Assembly: GCA_963662285.2 (NCBI GenBank)
Contig: CAXXMV010000002.1
Span: 128,001-192,000 of the forward strand
Direction of reading: 5' to 3'
From: a bacterium
GTDB taxonomy: Bacteria > Hinthialibacterota > Hinthialibacteria > Hinthialibacterales > Hinthialibacteraceae
DNA: 64,000 nt
Under the pieces are notes generated by a model that did no database searches, had not been told where the DNA came from, and was given only the letters and a program-made list of their open reading frames with translations. Shown here in pieces: positions 46,600 through 55,764 of the stretch. The position numbers were made by a program, and so were the translations under genes. Numbering within the stretch: the stretch's first letter is position 1; each line of letters opens with the position of its first letter.

Positions 46600-49500
46600 C
46601 TATTGCTTCCTCCGATAATTGCCGTTGCCGCCTTTTCCGTTTTTTCCCCATCCATTTTTTCCCCGGTTGTTGATCGGCGCCAGATTGACGCTGGTAAATG
46701 ACACTGCATCATCTGCAAGGATATCTTCCAGAGAACGTTTCAGTTGAAGGCTGGGCTGAACTTTGGAATTTAATTTATAATCGACCACTCCTATATCTGG
46801 AACATTGACATGCAGTACAACCTCGATTTCTCCGGGAGTATAGAGCAGCTGTCCTTTAATGTTAAAAATCTTTTCTTCATCAAAATCATCGGTGGAAATA
46901 TTAACATGCATTTCGCGGATATATTGGTTCCAGGATTCCTCGAAAGTGTAGATGTTGTTGGCCCGGACCGATATTTGATCGCCTCTCTGATTGGCTTGTC
47001 CCTCGACAACCAGGAAAGATTCATCGATTAGTATGGATTCTTTATCGGTCAGCAGATCAGGCATGATGGCGATTTCAACCGTGCCGCTCATATCTTCGAG
47101 CTGCATCAGAGCCATTATGTCGCCGCTTTTAATTTTTTTCTTTTTAACTTCAGAAGCGATGCCGGCGATTCGAACCCGACCCAGTTCTTTCTTTTCGGCC
47201 AGGTCTCCCGCCTGGTCAGTAGCAAAGACGGAAATTTCGGTTTCGTGTTCTTTGAGGGGATGTCCGGTAATGTATATACCCAGGAACTTCTTCTCATCCT
47301 TAAGAATTTCGCTTTGCTTTAATTCGGGGAGAATGATAATAGCATCGTCAGTCTCATCTTCTTCATCAAATATGTCGCCGAATAGGGAATCCTGACCGAC
47401 GGCTTTGTCTTTTAGTAATCCCTGGGCGCGTTCTATCGCTGCGGGATAGGCGTCGAGCAGCGAGGCGTGGGTATGATTAAACGAATCCATTGCGCCAGAC
47501 CGGATAAGACCTTCGAGCAGAGATTTATTGAGTAGTTTCTGTTCGGCTCTTTCACAAAAATCGAACAATGAATTGTAGGCGCCATTGCGTTTTCTTTCGG
47601 CAATGATGCTGCGCACCGCAACGGCGCCAACGCTTTTGATTGCCGCAAGACCGAAGCGGATGCCATCATCGGTAACAGTGAAAATTTCTTTTGATTGATT
47701 AATGTCAGGCGGCAGCACCTCGATGCCGTGATCTTTACAATCCTGGACGTATCGAACAATTTTGTTGGTGTCATTCATGTCTGTGGTTAGCAGAGAGGCC
47801 AGGAAAGCGTCCGGGTATTGAGCCTTCAAGAAAGCGGTTCGGTAAGTAATTACGGCGTAGGCCGCGCTGTGTGATTTGTTGAAGCCGTAACCGGCGAACT
47901 TGAAGATTAGGCTCCAGAGGCGTTGGGCGATAGAGAGGGCGACATTCTTCTCTTTGGCGCCCTGGTAGAAATCCTTTTCCATGGCGTTGAGGATGGCTTC
48001 ATTCTTTTTGCCCATAGCACGCCGCATCAAGTCGGCTTGCCCGAGAGAGAAGCCCGCGATGACGTTGGCGATCTGCATGACCTGTTCCTGGTAGAGAATG
48101 ATGCCGTAGGTTTCACGCAGGATAGGTTCCAGGGTGGGGTGGTCGTAGACGATTTCAGCTTCGCCTTTTTTTCGTTTGATAAAATCATCCACCATGCCGC
48201 TGCCCAGGGGGCCTGGCCGGTAGAGAGCCAGTAGAGCCACGATATCGCTGAAGGTTTCGGGTTCGAGCTGGCGTAGAATTTCCTTCATGCCGGTTGATTC
48301 AAGCTGAAAGACGCCGTTGGTTTTGGCTTTGGCGAGCAACTCGAAGGTCTTTTTATCATCCATGGGGATGGCGCGAATATCGAAATCAGGTTTATAGCGT
48401 TCTTTGATGTTATCTACCGCGCCATCGATTACAGAGAGGTTTTTGAGGCCGAGAAAGTCCATCTTGAGCAGACCGATGGATTCCAGCATCTTCATCTCGT
48501 ATTGGGTTGCGATATCTTCATCTTTATTGGCGCCTCGCATCAGCGGGGTAAATTTGCAGAGGTCATCCGGCGCGATAATGATGCCGGCGGCGTGGGTGGA
48601 GGTTTGCCGCACCATGCCTTCGATGGAAAGGGCGTGTTGGAATAGTTCTTTATGAAGCTCGTCCTGATCGCGGATGCGGCGCAGTTCAGCGACCTCATCC
48701 AACGCCTGGTCGAGGGTTACTCCCAGGCCTTCGGGGATTAATTTTGATATGCGGTCGCCTTCAGATGGAGGAAGACCCAGCACCCGTGAAACGTCGCGTA
48801 CGGCGTTTTTGGCGCCGATAGTGCCGAAGGTGGCGATTTGGGATACGCGGTCTTTACCATATTTTTCGTAGGTATAGCGGATAACCTCTTCACGGCGTTT
48901 GTCGGAGAAGTCGGTATCAATATCAGGCGGTGAGATTCGTTCGGGATTAAGAAACCGCTCGAACAGCAGCCCATGCTCGAGGGGATCGATATCAGTGATG
49001 TAAAGGCTATAGGCTACGACGGAACCAGCAGCCGAGCCTCGACCCGGACCGACGGATATCTTTTCGCGCCGGGCGAAGTTCATGAAGTCCCAGGTAATGA
49101 GGAAGTATCCGGTAAAGTCCTGACCCAGAATAACTTCCAGTTCCTTCTCCAGTCGTTCTTCAATCGCAGTGGTTATTTCGCCGTAGCGTTCCTTGGCGCC
49201 CTGGTAAACCAGTTTACGCAGATAGTCTTCATGGGAGGTTTCCTCTGGCGGGATTTCATAGTTGGGCATGTGGAGTTTTTTGCCGTCGTATTTCAGTTCT
49301 ACATTGCATTTATCGGCGATTAGTTTGGTGTTTTCGATGGCGTCAAGAAATTCGGGTAACCCTTCTTTCATCTGTTCTTCAGATTTTACGTAAAGTTCCT
49401 GGGTTGATATCTTGAAGCGGTTGGGATCGTTTAAGGTTTTTTTGGTTCCGATGCAAATAAGGCAATCCTGGGTTTTTGCGTCTTTGGGATGTATATAATG

Positions 49501-50154
49501 AACGTCGGCGGTTGCCACCAGGGGTATGGAAAGCTCGTTGGATAATGTTCTTAGTCCCTCATTTACAATGAGTTGTTTATCTATGCCATTGCCTTGGACT
49601 TCGAGGTAAAAGTTTCCTTCCCCGAAGGTTTCGAGGTATTGTTGAGCAATTTCTTTGGCTTTATCGTAATTTCCTTCGAGAATAGCGGATGGAACCTCTC
49701 CCTTTAAGCAGGCGGATAGGCCGATCAAGCCTTTGGAGTATTTTTGCAGAACCTCGTGGTCGATGCGGGGTTTGTAGTAGAAACCTTCCAGCTGAGCGAT
49801 GGAGCTGAGCCGCATTATGTTCTGGTAGCCTTCTAAGTCCTTGGCTAGTAGAACTATATGATAAGCGGTGCGGTCGTTTAGGTCGTCGATCTGGGCGTCA
49901 TTGCGCGCTCCCTTGCGGTCAAAGCGGGAGCCGGGGGTTATGTATGATTCGACGCCTAGTATAGGTTGGATTCCCGCAGCGGTGGCTTTCTGGTAAAACT
50001 CCAGAGATCCATGCATTACGCCGTGGTCAGTGAGCGCCAAGTGGCTCATTTCTAATTCTTTAGCGCGTTCGATCAGTTTTTTTATTTTACAGGCGCCGTC
50101 GAGCAGGCTGTATTCTGAATGGACGTGAAGATGGGTGAAATTATTAGCAATCAT
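46600..50154 (-). CDS. dnaE: DNA polymerase III alpha subunit
   Basis: HLHVHSEYSLLDG, GRGSAAGS, PDIDTDF, KMDFLGL, YGFNKSH; ATG 50154 with GAGGGA RBS. Confidence 0.98.
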   Translation of the reverse strand: MIANNFTHLHVHSEYSLLDGACKIKKLIERAKELEMSHLALTDHGVMHGSLEFYQKATAAGIQPILGVESYITPGSRFDRKGARNDAQIDDLNDRTAYHIVLLAKDLEGYQNIMRLSSIAQLEGFYYKPRIDHEVLQKYSKGLIGLSACLKGEVPSAILEGNYDKAKEIAQQYLETFGEGNFYLEVQGNGIDKQLIVNEGLRTLSNELSIPLVATADVHYIHPKDAKTQDCLICIGTKKTLNDPNRFKISTQELYVKSEEQMKEGLPEFLDAIENTKLIADKCNVELKYDGKKLHMPNYEIPPEETSHEDYLRKLVYQGAKERYGEITTAIEERLEKELEVILGQDFTGYFLITWDFMNFARREKISVGPGRGSAAGSVVAYSLYITDIDPLEHGLLFERFLNPERISPPDIDTDFSDKRREEVIRYTYEKYGKDRVSQIATFGTIGAKNAVRDVSRVLGLPPSEGDRISKLIPEGLGVTLDQALDEVAELRRIRDQDELHKELFQHALSIEGMVRQTSTHAAGIIIAPDDLCKFTPLMRGANKDEDIATQYEMKMLESIGLLKMDFLGLKNLSVIDGAVDNIKERYKPDFDIRAIPMDDKKTFELLAKAKTNGVFQLESTGMKEILRQLEPETFSDIVALLALYRPGPLGSGMVDDFIKRKKGEAEIVYDHPTLEPILRETYGIILYQEQVMQIANVIAGFSLGQADLMRRAMGKKNEAILNAMEKDFYQGAKEKNVALSIAQRLWSLIFKFAGYGFNKSHSAAYAVITYRTAFLKAQYPDAFLASLLTTDMNDTNKIVRYVQDCKDHGIEVLPPDINQSKEIFTVTDDGIRFGLAAIKSVGAVAVRSIIAERKRNGAYNSLFDFCERAEQKLLNKSLLEGLIRSGAMDSFNHTHASLLDAYPAAIERAQGLLKDKAVGQDSLFGDIFDEEDETDDAIIILPELKQSEILKDEKKFLGIYITGHPLKEHETEISVFATDQAGDLAEKKELGRVRIAGIASEVKKKKIKSGDIMALMQLEDMSGTVEIAIMPDLLTDKESILIDESFLVVEGQANQRGDQISVRANNIYTFEESWNQYIREMHVNISTDDFDEEKIFNIKGQLLYTPGEIEVVLHVNVPDIGVVDYKLNSKVQPSLQLKRSLEDILADDAVSFTSVNLAPINNRGKNGWGKNGKGGNGNYRRKQ

Positions 50155-50331
50155 TAAATATCCCTCAACCAAAAGCTCAAAAATAAAAGTGAAAATAATA
50201 AATAATTCGCTTGCGGCGTGAAAAATGGTGTAGCTATATGGAATTATATTATCTTGTTATCATAATTATATGCTGGTTGATGTCAAGAAAACACTATTCC
50301 GAACATAAAAGCAGAAAGTAATATTTTTACC

Positions 50332-51732
50332 ATGAATGAAAGCACTCGATATAACCTGATCGTTATCGGCTCTGGTCCGGGGGGGTATGTTGCGGCGATA
50401 CGCGCGGCTCAATTGGGGATGAAAACCGCTGTTGTTGAGCGGGATCAACCGGGCGGGATTTGTCTGAATTGGGGATGCATCCCGACTAAAGCGTTGCTCA
50501 AAAGCGCGTCTTTGTATGAATCGATTAAGAATGGCGGCGCTTTCGGCTTGAAGATCGAAGGAGCGTCTTTTAATTTGGAAGAAATTGTACAGCGCAGCCG
50601 TGATGTATCGGGCGGCATTGTTAAGGGCGTTGCGTATTTGTTGAAGAAGCATGACGTCACGCTGATTAAGGGCGACGCTTCGCTGGCTTCGGCTAATTCA
50701 GTTTTGGTTAAGACGGACGGCGATTCAAGCGTTTTGGAAGCAGATAACATTATTATTGCATCGGGGGCGCGTACGCGGCAATTGCCCGGTATGGAGCTGG
50801 ATGGCGAGCGGATTATATCCAGTAAAGAAGCCATGACGCTTAAGACTCTGCCTAGTAAAATGGCCATTATCGGCGCCGGGCCGATTGGGATGGAGTTTGC
50901 TTATTTTTTCCAGGCGCTGGGTTCGCAGGTTACTATTCTTGAAGCGATGGAGCGCATTCTTCCGGTTGAGGATATTGATGTTTCAAAAACCGTTGCGCGG
51001 GCGTTCAAACGCCGCAAAGTGAAGATTGAGACCAGCGCCAAGGTGGAGCATATCGAGCGTGATGGAGAGACGGTTCGAATCAATTATGAATCTAAAGGTA
51101 AGAGTAAGACCATTGACGCGGATATTGCAATAGTTGCGATAGGCGTTTCGCCGAATGTTGAAACTCTTGGATTAGATAAAGTAGGCGTTGATACATATAA
51201 ATCGGGTATCAGGGTTAATGAGAATATGCAGAGCAGCGTTCCTTCGATTTATGCTATCGGGGATGTTAACGGGCCGCCGTGGTTGGCGCATGTGGCTTCG
51301 GCTGAGGGGGTGCATGCGGTGGAGTATATTGCGGGGAAGAATCCTGTTGCTATCAATTATGACGCCGTTCCCGGATGCATCTACTGCGAGCCGCAGGCGG
51401 CCAGCGTGGGTTATAGTGAAGAGAGGGCGCAGCAGGATGGCATTATGTATACCAAGGGTGAGTTCTCTTTCAAAGCCAGCGGTCGGGCTATCGCTTCGGG
51501 ACACGCTGATGGAATGGTGAAACTGCTTTTTGAAAAAGAGCATGGCGCCTTGATCGGCGGGCATATTGTAGGCGGAGAAGCCACCGAGATGATTCATGAA
51601 CTGGTTCTGGGAGTAAGTTTGAAGAGTACGGCTGAAGATATTGGCAGGGCTATTCATGCTCATCCAACCTATGGAGAATCTATCATGGAAGCGGCGCTGG
51701 ATGCTTTAGGAGAACGGATTCATGGCGTTTGA
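50332..51732 (+). CDS. lpdA: Dihydrolipoyl dehydrogenase
   Basis: GSGPGGY, GGICLNWGCIP, HAHPTYGE. Confidence 0.96.
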   Translation: MNESTRYNLIVIGSGPGGYVAAIRAAQLGMKTAVVERDQPGGICLNWGCIPTKALLKSASLYESIKNGGAFGLKIEGASFNLEEIVQRSRDVSGGIVKGVAYLLKKHDVTLIKGDASLASANSVLVKTDGDSSVLEADNIIIASGARTRQLPGMELDGERIISSKEAMTLKTLPSKMAIIGAGPIGMEFAYFFQALGSQVTILEAMERILPVEDIDVSKTVARAFKRRKVKIETSAKVEHIERDGETVRINYESKGKSKTIDADIAIVAIGVSPNVETLGLDKVGVDTYKSGIRVNENMQSSVPSIYAIGDVNGPPWLAHVASAEGVHAVEYIAGKNPVAINYDAVPGCIYCEPQAASVGYSEERAQQDGIMYTKGEFSFKASGRAIASGHADGMVKLLFEKEHGALIGGHIVGGEATEMIHELVLGVSLKSTAEDIGRAIHAHPTYGESIMEAALDALGERIHGV

Positions 51733-52372
51733 TGACGGGAATCCTGTTCCGATATTAAAAATTGATGCATCTGTTCCCTATCAGGAAGTTGCGATGCTGC
51801 AGGAAGAATTGGTTTCGCAGGCCAAAGAGACGCTGGTGTTTTGTGAACATGCACCCACCATAACAATGGGAATATCAGCGAAATCTTCTGACCTGGCGTT
51901 TGCGCCGGATTATTATGAGCGCCTGGGGGTGACGCTGGTTAAGAGTCCACGCGGGGGGGAAGCAACTTTTCATGGCCCGGGACAGCTGGTGTGTTATCCT
52001 ATAATTAATTTGCGTAAACGTGGTATGACGATTCACGCTTACTTGAAATTTTTGGAATCTTTAATGATTGAGATATGCTCCGCCTATGGCATTAAGGCGC
52101 ATAGCGTTGATGGTAAAGCCGGTTGCTGGGTGGAAGATAGAAAGATTGGCTTTATCGGCGTCAGGGTGCGCAGAGGTTTTTCTTTTCATGGTTTTTCGCT
52201 TAATATTAAACCGCAGCAGGAAGCTTTCAAGATGATCGTGCCGTGCGGCATGCCGGATTTGGAGATTACCTCTTTTCAAGAAGAGATGGGTAAGGCTCCG
52301 CTTGATCTTTGGGATGTTGTTGAAGAAGTTGAGAGATTGTTTTTTGATTTTGAAGATACGCGGGTAGTTTAG
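51722..52372 (+). CDS. lipB: Lipoyl(octanoyl) transferase
   Basis: EH, RGGEATFHGPGQLVCYP, KIGFIG, IVPCG. Confidence 0.93.
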   Translation: MAFDDGNPVPILKIDASVPYQEVAMLQEELVSQAKETLVFCEHAPTITMGISAKSSDLAFAPDYYERLGVTLVKSPRGGEATFHGPGQLVCYPIINLRKRGMTIHAYLKFLESLMIEICSAYGIKAHSVDGKAGCWVEDRKIGFIGVRVRRGFSFHGFSLNIKPQQEAFKMIVPCGMPDLEITSFQEEMGKAPLDLWDVVEEVERLFFDFEDTRVV

Positions 52373-52400
52373 GCCGCCCACGAGAGGTAATGACATTACT

Positions 52401-52457
52401 GGGTGGCAAGGGCAAGACCGCAATGCGGTCAGCCCTTGATCAAACCACCAACGATAG
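52401..52457 (+). repeat. REP family D, left of vanZ
   Basis: Inverted partner at 52905-52945. Confidence 0.85.
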
Positions 52458-52498
52458 GGTGAAATTTAAGAACCTAAAAATAATAGGGTATTGATAAA

Positions 52499-52891
52499 AT
52501 GAAAAATTTTCTTTGTTATGTGTTGCCTCTTATCGCTTTTATGGGTGTGATATTTTACCTGTCATCTCAAGAGGCGTTTCCGATTGTAATGCCTGATTGG
52601 GTTTATTATTTTGATAAATTAGTCCATGCCGCGCTGTTTGGTTTTCTGGCTTTACTATTTATTAGAAATTGGATCCGGGGCGATATTGCGGCTTTTACCA
52701 TGCCGGCCTTTGTTGTGACGGTGGTTTTTGCTTCGCTTTATGGGGTTACGGATGAATTTCACCAGAGGTTTGTTCCAGGGCGCACTCCTGATGTGTTGGA
52801 TTGGGTGGCGGATACTACGGGAGCTGTTGTGATTTGCGCGTTGTTTTTTTGGAGGCGGGCGGTGGTTTTGTCCAGGGGGGGGGTTCAATAA
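52499..52891 (+). CDS. VanZ-family membrane protein
   Basis: IFYLSSQ, DKLVH, DEFHQRFVPGR, DWVADTTG. Confidence 0.88.
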   Translation: MKNFLCYVLPLIAFMGVIFYLSSQEAFPIVMPDWVYYFDKLVHAALFGFLALLFIRNWIRGDIAAFTMPAFVVTVVFASLYGVTDEFHQRFVPGRTPDVLDWVADTTGAVVICALFFWRRAVVLSRGGVQ

Positions 52892-52904
52892 CGGAAGTGA
52901 TAGT

Positions 52905-52945
52905 ATCAAGGGCTGACCGCATTGCGGTCTTGCCCTTGGCGCCCG
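52905..52945 (-). repeat. REP family D, right of vanZ
   Basis: Reverse complement of the 52401 copy. Confidence 0.85.
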
Positions 52946-52972
52946 TCTTGGGAGAGTAATGTTGATATCATC

Positions 52973-53695
52973 CTACGCCTTGAATTGGGCGGAGTTTTTG
53001 ATGGTTTCTACTGCTTCGTCGATGGAATCGGTTACGGTGAAAAGGTTTATGTCTTGGGGTGAAATGTATCCTTCGTTAATAGTTTTTGATTTTATCCATT
53101 CCAACAATCCATTCCAGTATTCTTTTCCGAATAAAATTACGGGAAAAGCTTTCATGCGGTGCGTTTGAATTAAGGTCAGTGATTCAAACAATTCATCCAT
53201 GGTTCCGTAGCCGCCGGGGAAAATAACGAAGGCGATTGAGTATTTAATCAGCATGACCTTGCGGATGAAGAAATAGCGGTAGCTGAGGCCGTTGGTCAGA
53301 TATTTATTAGGTTCCTGTTCCAGAGGCAGTTCGATGTTTAAGCCTATTGATTCGCCCTTGGCTTCGTAGGCGCCACGGTTGGCGGCTTCCATAATTCCCG
53401 GACCGCCGCCGGTGATGATGGGTAGACCTTCCCGCGCGATGCGTCCAGCGAATGCGCGGGCTTGGGCGTAAGATGGATGGTCTTCCGGCGTGCGGGCAGA
53501 GCCGAAGACAGTTACGGCGTTAGTATATTTGGCCAGCGACTCAAAGGACTCAGAAAATTCAGCCATGATGCGGAATATACGCCAAATATCTTCAATGCCC
53601 ATGTAATCGAGCAGGTATTGACGTTGTTCGTCGAGGCTGCCGCCATTAATTTCAATAGGCGTGAATTGCCTGGATTTATCTTTGGAATTCATCAT
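52973..53695 (-). CDS. LOG family (TIGR00730-like) nucleotide phosphoribohydrolase
   Basis: VFGSAR, TGGGPGIMEA, PGGYGTMDE. Confidence 0.9.
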   Translation of the reverse strand: MMNSKDKSRQFTPIEINGGSLDEQRQYLLDYMGIEDIWRIFRIMAEFSESFESLAKYTNAVTVFGSARTPEDHPSYAQARAFAGRIAREGLPIITGGGPGIMEAANRGAYEAKGESIGLNIELPLEQEPNKYLTNGLSYRYFFIRKVMLIKYSIAFVIFPGGYGTMDELFESLTLIQTHRMKAFPVILFGKEYWNGLLEWIKSKTINEGYISPQDINLFTVTDSIDEAVETIKNSAQFKA

Positions 53696-53809
53696 CGGTT
53701 AAAATACCTCAAAATTTTATGGCGGCGCAATGGCGCCCGGCCTTGGCGAAGTATGAAAAATTATTGCACAATAGGGTATACCTTAAACTTTTTTTACGGG
53801 ATGTGAAAT

Positions 53810-54820
53810 ATGGACGCGATAAAAATTAATAATCGAGAGATTGGCGCTGGACAACCGTGTTTCATAATTGCAGAGGCCGGTTTGAACCATAACGGCGATC
53901 CCGAAATGGCTAAACAGCTTATAAAAAAGGCTGCTGAGTGTGGCGCCGACGCCATAAAATTTCAAACTTATACCACAAAAGAATTGTTTTCTCCGGATCA
54001 TCCTGATTATAAAAAGTTTGAAAAGCATGTTTTCAGTGAAGCTGTTTATAAAGAACTTATCGGAGAATCAAAAAAAAGCAGCATAATTTTTTTATCCACT
54101 CCATTTGATGAAGCCAGTGCGGATTTGCTTTTTTCCTTGGGTATAGCGGCCTATAAAGTCGGTTCGGGAGAATTAACTCATTTGCAGTTTTTGAAACATC
54201 TAGCCAGTAAAGAACTGCCTATGATACTTTCGACCGGGATGTCGAACATGAATCAGGTGGATAATGCGGTTCAGGCCATTCAATCCGTCGGTCAGGTTTC
54301 ACTGGCGATGCTGCATTGCGTTTCGGCTTATCCCTGCCCGGTCAAAGAAGTGAATGTACGCCGAATTACGATGTTAAAAGAACGGTTCGCGGCGCCGATT
54401 GGTTTTTCGGATCATACCGAGACGGATGTATCCGCGTTAGCTGCAGTTGCTCTGGGCGCGTGCATCGTCGAGAAGCATTTCACCCTTAGCCATCATTTAC
54501 CAGGGTGGGATCATCATTTTTCCTATGACCCGGATCAATTGAGCCGTTTAGTTAAAGCTATCAGAGAAGTCGAGATTTCGCTGGGCGAGCCGGAAAAACG
54601 AATTACTGAATCTGAAACAAAGATTGAGGAAATCGCCCGGCGGGCCATATACGCCCGCATCCCTCTCAAGGCAGGATATATTCTTACGGCCAAAAACCTT
54701 ATAGTGCGGCGTCCGGCGGGGCCTATGTCGGCGGATCAATTTGAAGAGGTGTTGGGGAAAGTGGTATTGCGGGATATTCCGGTCGGGGAGGCGCTTCGGC
54801 CTGAGGATATTAAGGAATAA
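53810..54820 (+). CDS. NeuB-family nonulosonic acid synthase with SAF domain
   Basis: IAEAGLNHNG, KFQT, STPFD, LHCVSAYP, GFSDHT, EKHFT. Confidence 0.92.
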   Translation: MDAIKINNREIGAGQPCFIIAEAGLNHNGDPEMAKQLIKKAAECGADAIKFQTYTTKELFSPDHPDYKKFEKHVFSEAVYKELIGESKKSSIIFLSTPFDEASADLLFSLGIAAYKVGSGELTHLQFLKHLASKELPMILSTGMSNMNQVDNAVQAIQSVGQVSLAMLHCVSAYPCPVKEVNVRRITMLKERFAAPIGFSDHTETDVSALAAVALGACIVEKHFTLSHHLPGWDHHFSYDPDQLSRLVKAIREVEISLGEPEKRITESETKIEEIARRAIYARIPLKAGYILTAKNLIVRRPAGPMSADQFEEVLGKVVLRDIPVGEALRPEDIKE

Positions 54821-54824
54821 CGAA

Positions 54825-54905
54825 GTAGGGTGGGTCGCGCCTTACCGACCCACCGTGAGCCGACGTAGATTGGTTCGGTGGGTCATAAAACGCGACCCAC
54901 CCGAC
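54825..54905. repeat. Inverted REP C doublet (REPIN-like)
   Basis: GTAGGGTGGGTCGCG...CGCGACCCACCCGAC. Confidence 0.85.
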
Positions 54906-54909
54906 GGAT

Positions 54910-55122
54910 TTATGCATACATCAAGCGCTTACCTTTGGGAATGGGGATGGGATCTCCGAATTCCTTGGCCGTATCGATCCATAAAGCCATTGATTTCTGT
55001 ACGTTGGCCAATGCCGTTTCATACGAATCGCCATGCGCTGTACAACCTGGAAGTTCTGGCGTCTCAGCCACGAAAACTTGATCTTCTTCGCTCCAATAAA
55101 TGATGGTTTCATATTTAAGCAT
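54910..55122 (-). CDS. hicB: HicB-family antitoxin
   Basis: KYE.IIYWSEEDQ.FVAE.PELPGC.AHG; PIPKG. Confidence 0.92.
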   Translation of the reverse strand: MLKYETIIYWSEEDQVFVAETPELPGCTAHGDSYETALANVQKSMALWIDTAKEFGDPIPIPKGKRLMYA

Positions 55123-55376
55123 TATTTTTTATCCGCAAGACGATATTTTACGAGTAAATTTCTCACTTGACGAACTTGATAGGGTTTCGCCTGAGTTCCA
55201 TCATGTTGCAAATTAATTTTTTCTTCAATACCGCTTTTTCTAAATATATGATGGCTTCCTCGAATCCGTTCGTCAAATCCTAATTTGCTTAATAATTCAC
55301 ACAATTCGTTAATTGCAATATTGGTATCCGAATTTCCGGATAGAATCTTTTCTATTAACTTATTGTATTTACCCAT
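55122..55376 (-). CDS. hicA: HicA-family toxin
   Basis: LGF.ERIRGSHHIF, AKPYQVRQV. Confidence 0.92.
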   Translation of the reverse strand: MGKYNKLIEKILSGNSDTNIAINELCELLSKLGFDERIRGSHHIFRKSGIEEKINLQHDGTQAKPYQVRQVRNLLVKYRLADKK

Positions 55377-55420
55377 TATTAATATATTTTCTCGTTTAAC
55401 TAGAAGAATTCAATAGCTAT

Positions 55421-55700
55421 GTGGGTCTCGCCTTACCGATCTACTGTGAAAAATTGTAGTATAATTCGGTGGGGATAAAACGCGATTCATCTCACGGATA
55501 TATGAAAATAAATGAAGTGAACTCAATCAAAGGCAGAAAAACCACTGCCCTTGGCGCTCGTCTTTCTCTATATTTTAAAGATATCATTCAATAAAGCTGT
55601 ATAAGGCGTAAATCACTTGGGCTTTTTATTTTTTTTGCCATCGGTAAAATGAAAGATTGTTAGATTGATTCGGTGGGTCAAAAAACGCGACCCACCCTAC
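55421..55700. repeat. Degenerate REP C doublet, REP D and REP C
   Basis: 55421-55498 is a decayed direct copy of 54830-54908. Confidence 0.75.
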
Positions 55701-55764
55701 GGATCTGTTACAAGAAATTTATCCACATTTGTATATATAAAAATCCCGTATTGTGAGGATCAAC

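Noticed and set aside
46600-50154. Intein or split in dnaE
   Set aside because: Normal length with continuous motifs
55719-55727. Perfect DnaA box TTATCCACA upstream of leuS
   Set aside because: Single box with no cluster or skew change; not an origin, and could be chance or regulatory
55500-55764. T-box leader upstream of leuS
   Set aside because: No T-box consensus seen; the region is occupied by REPs
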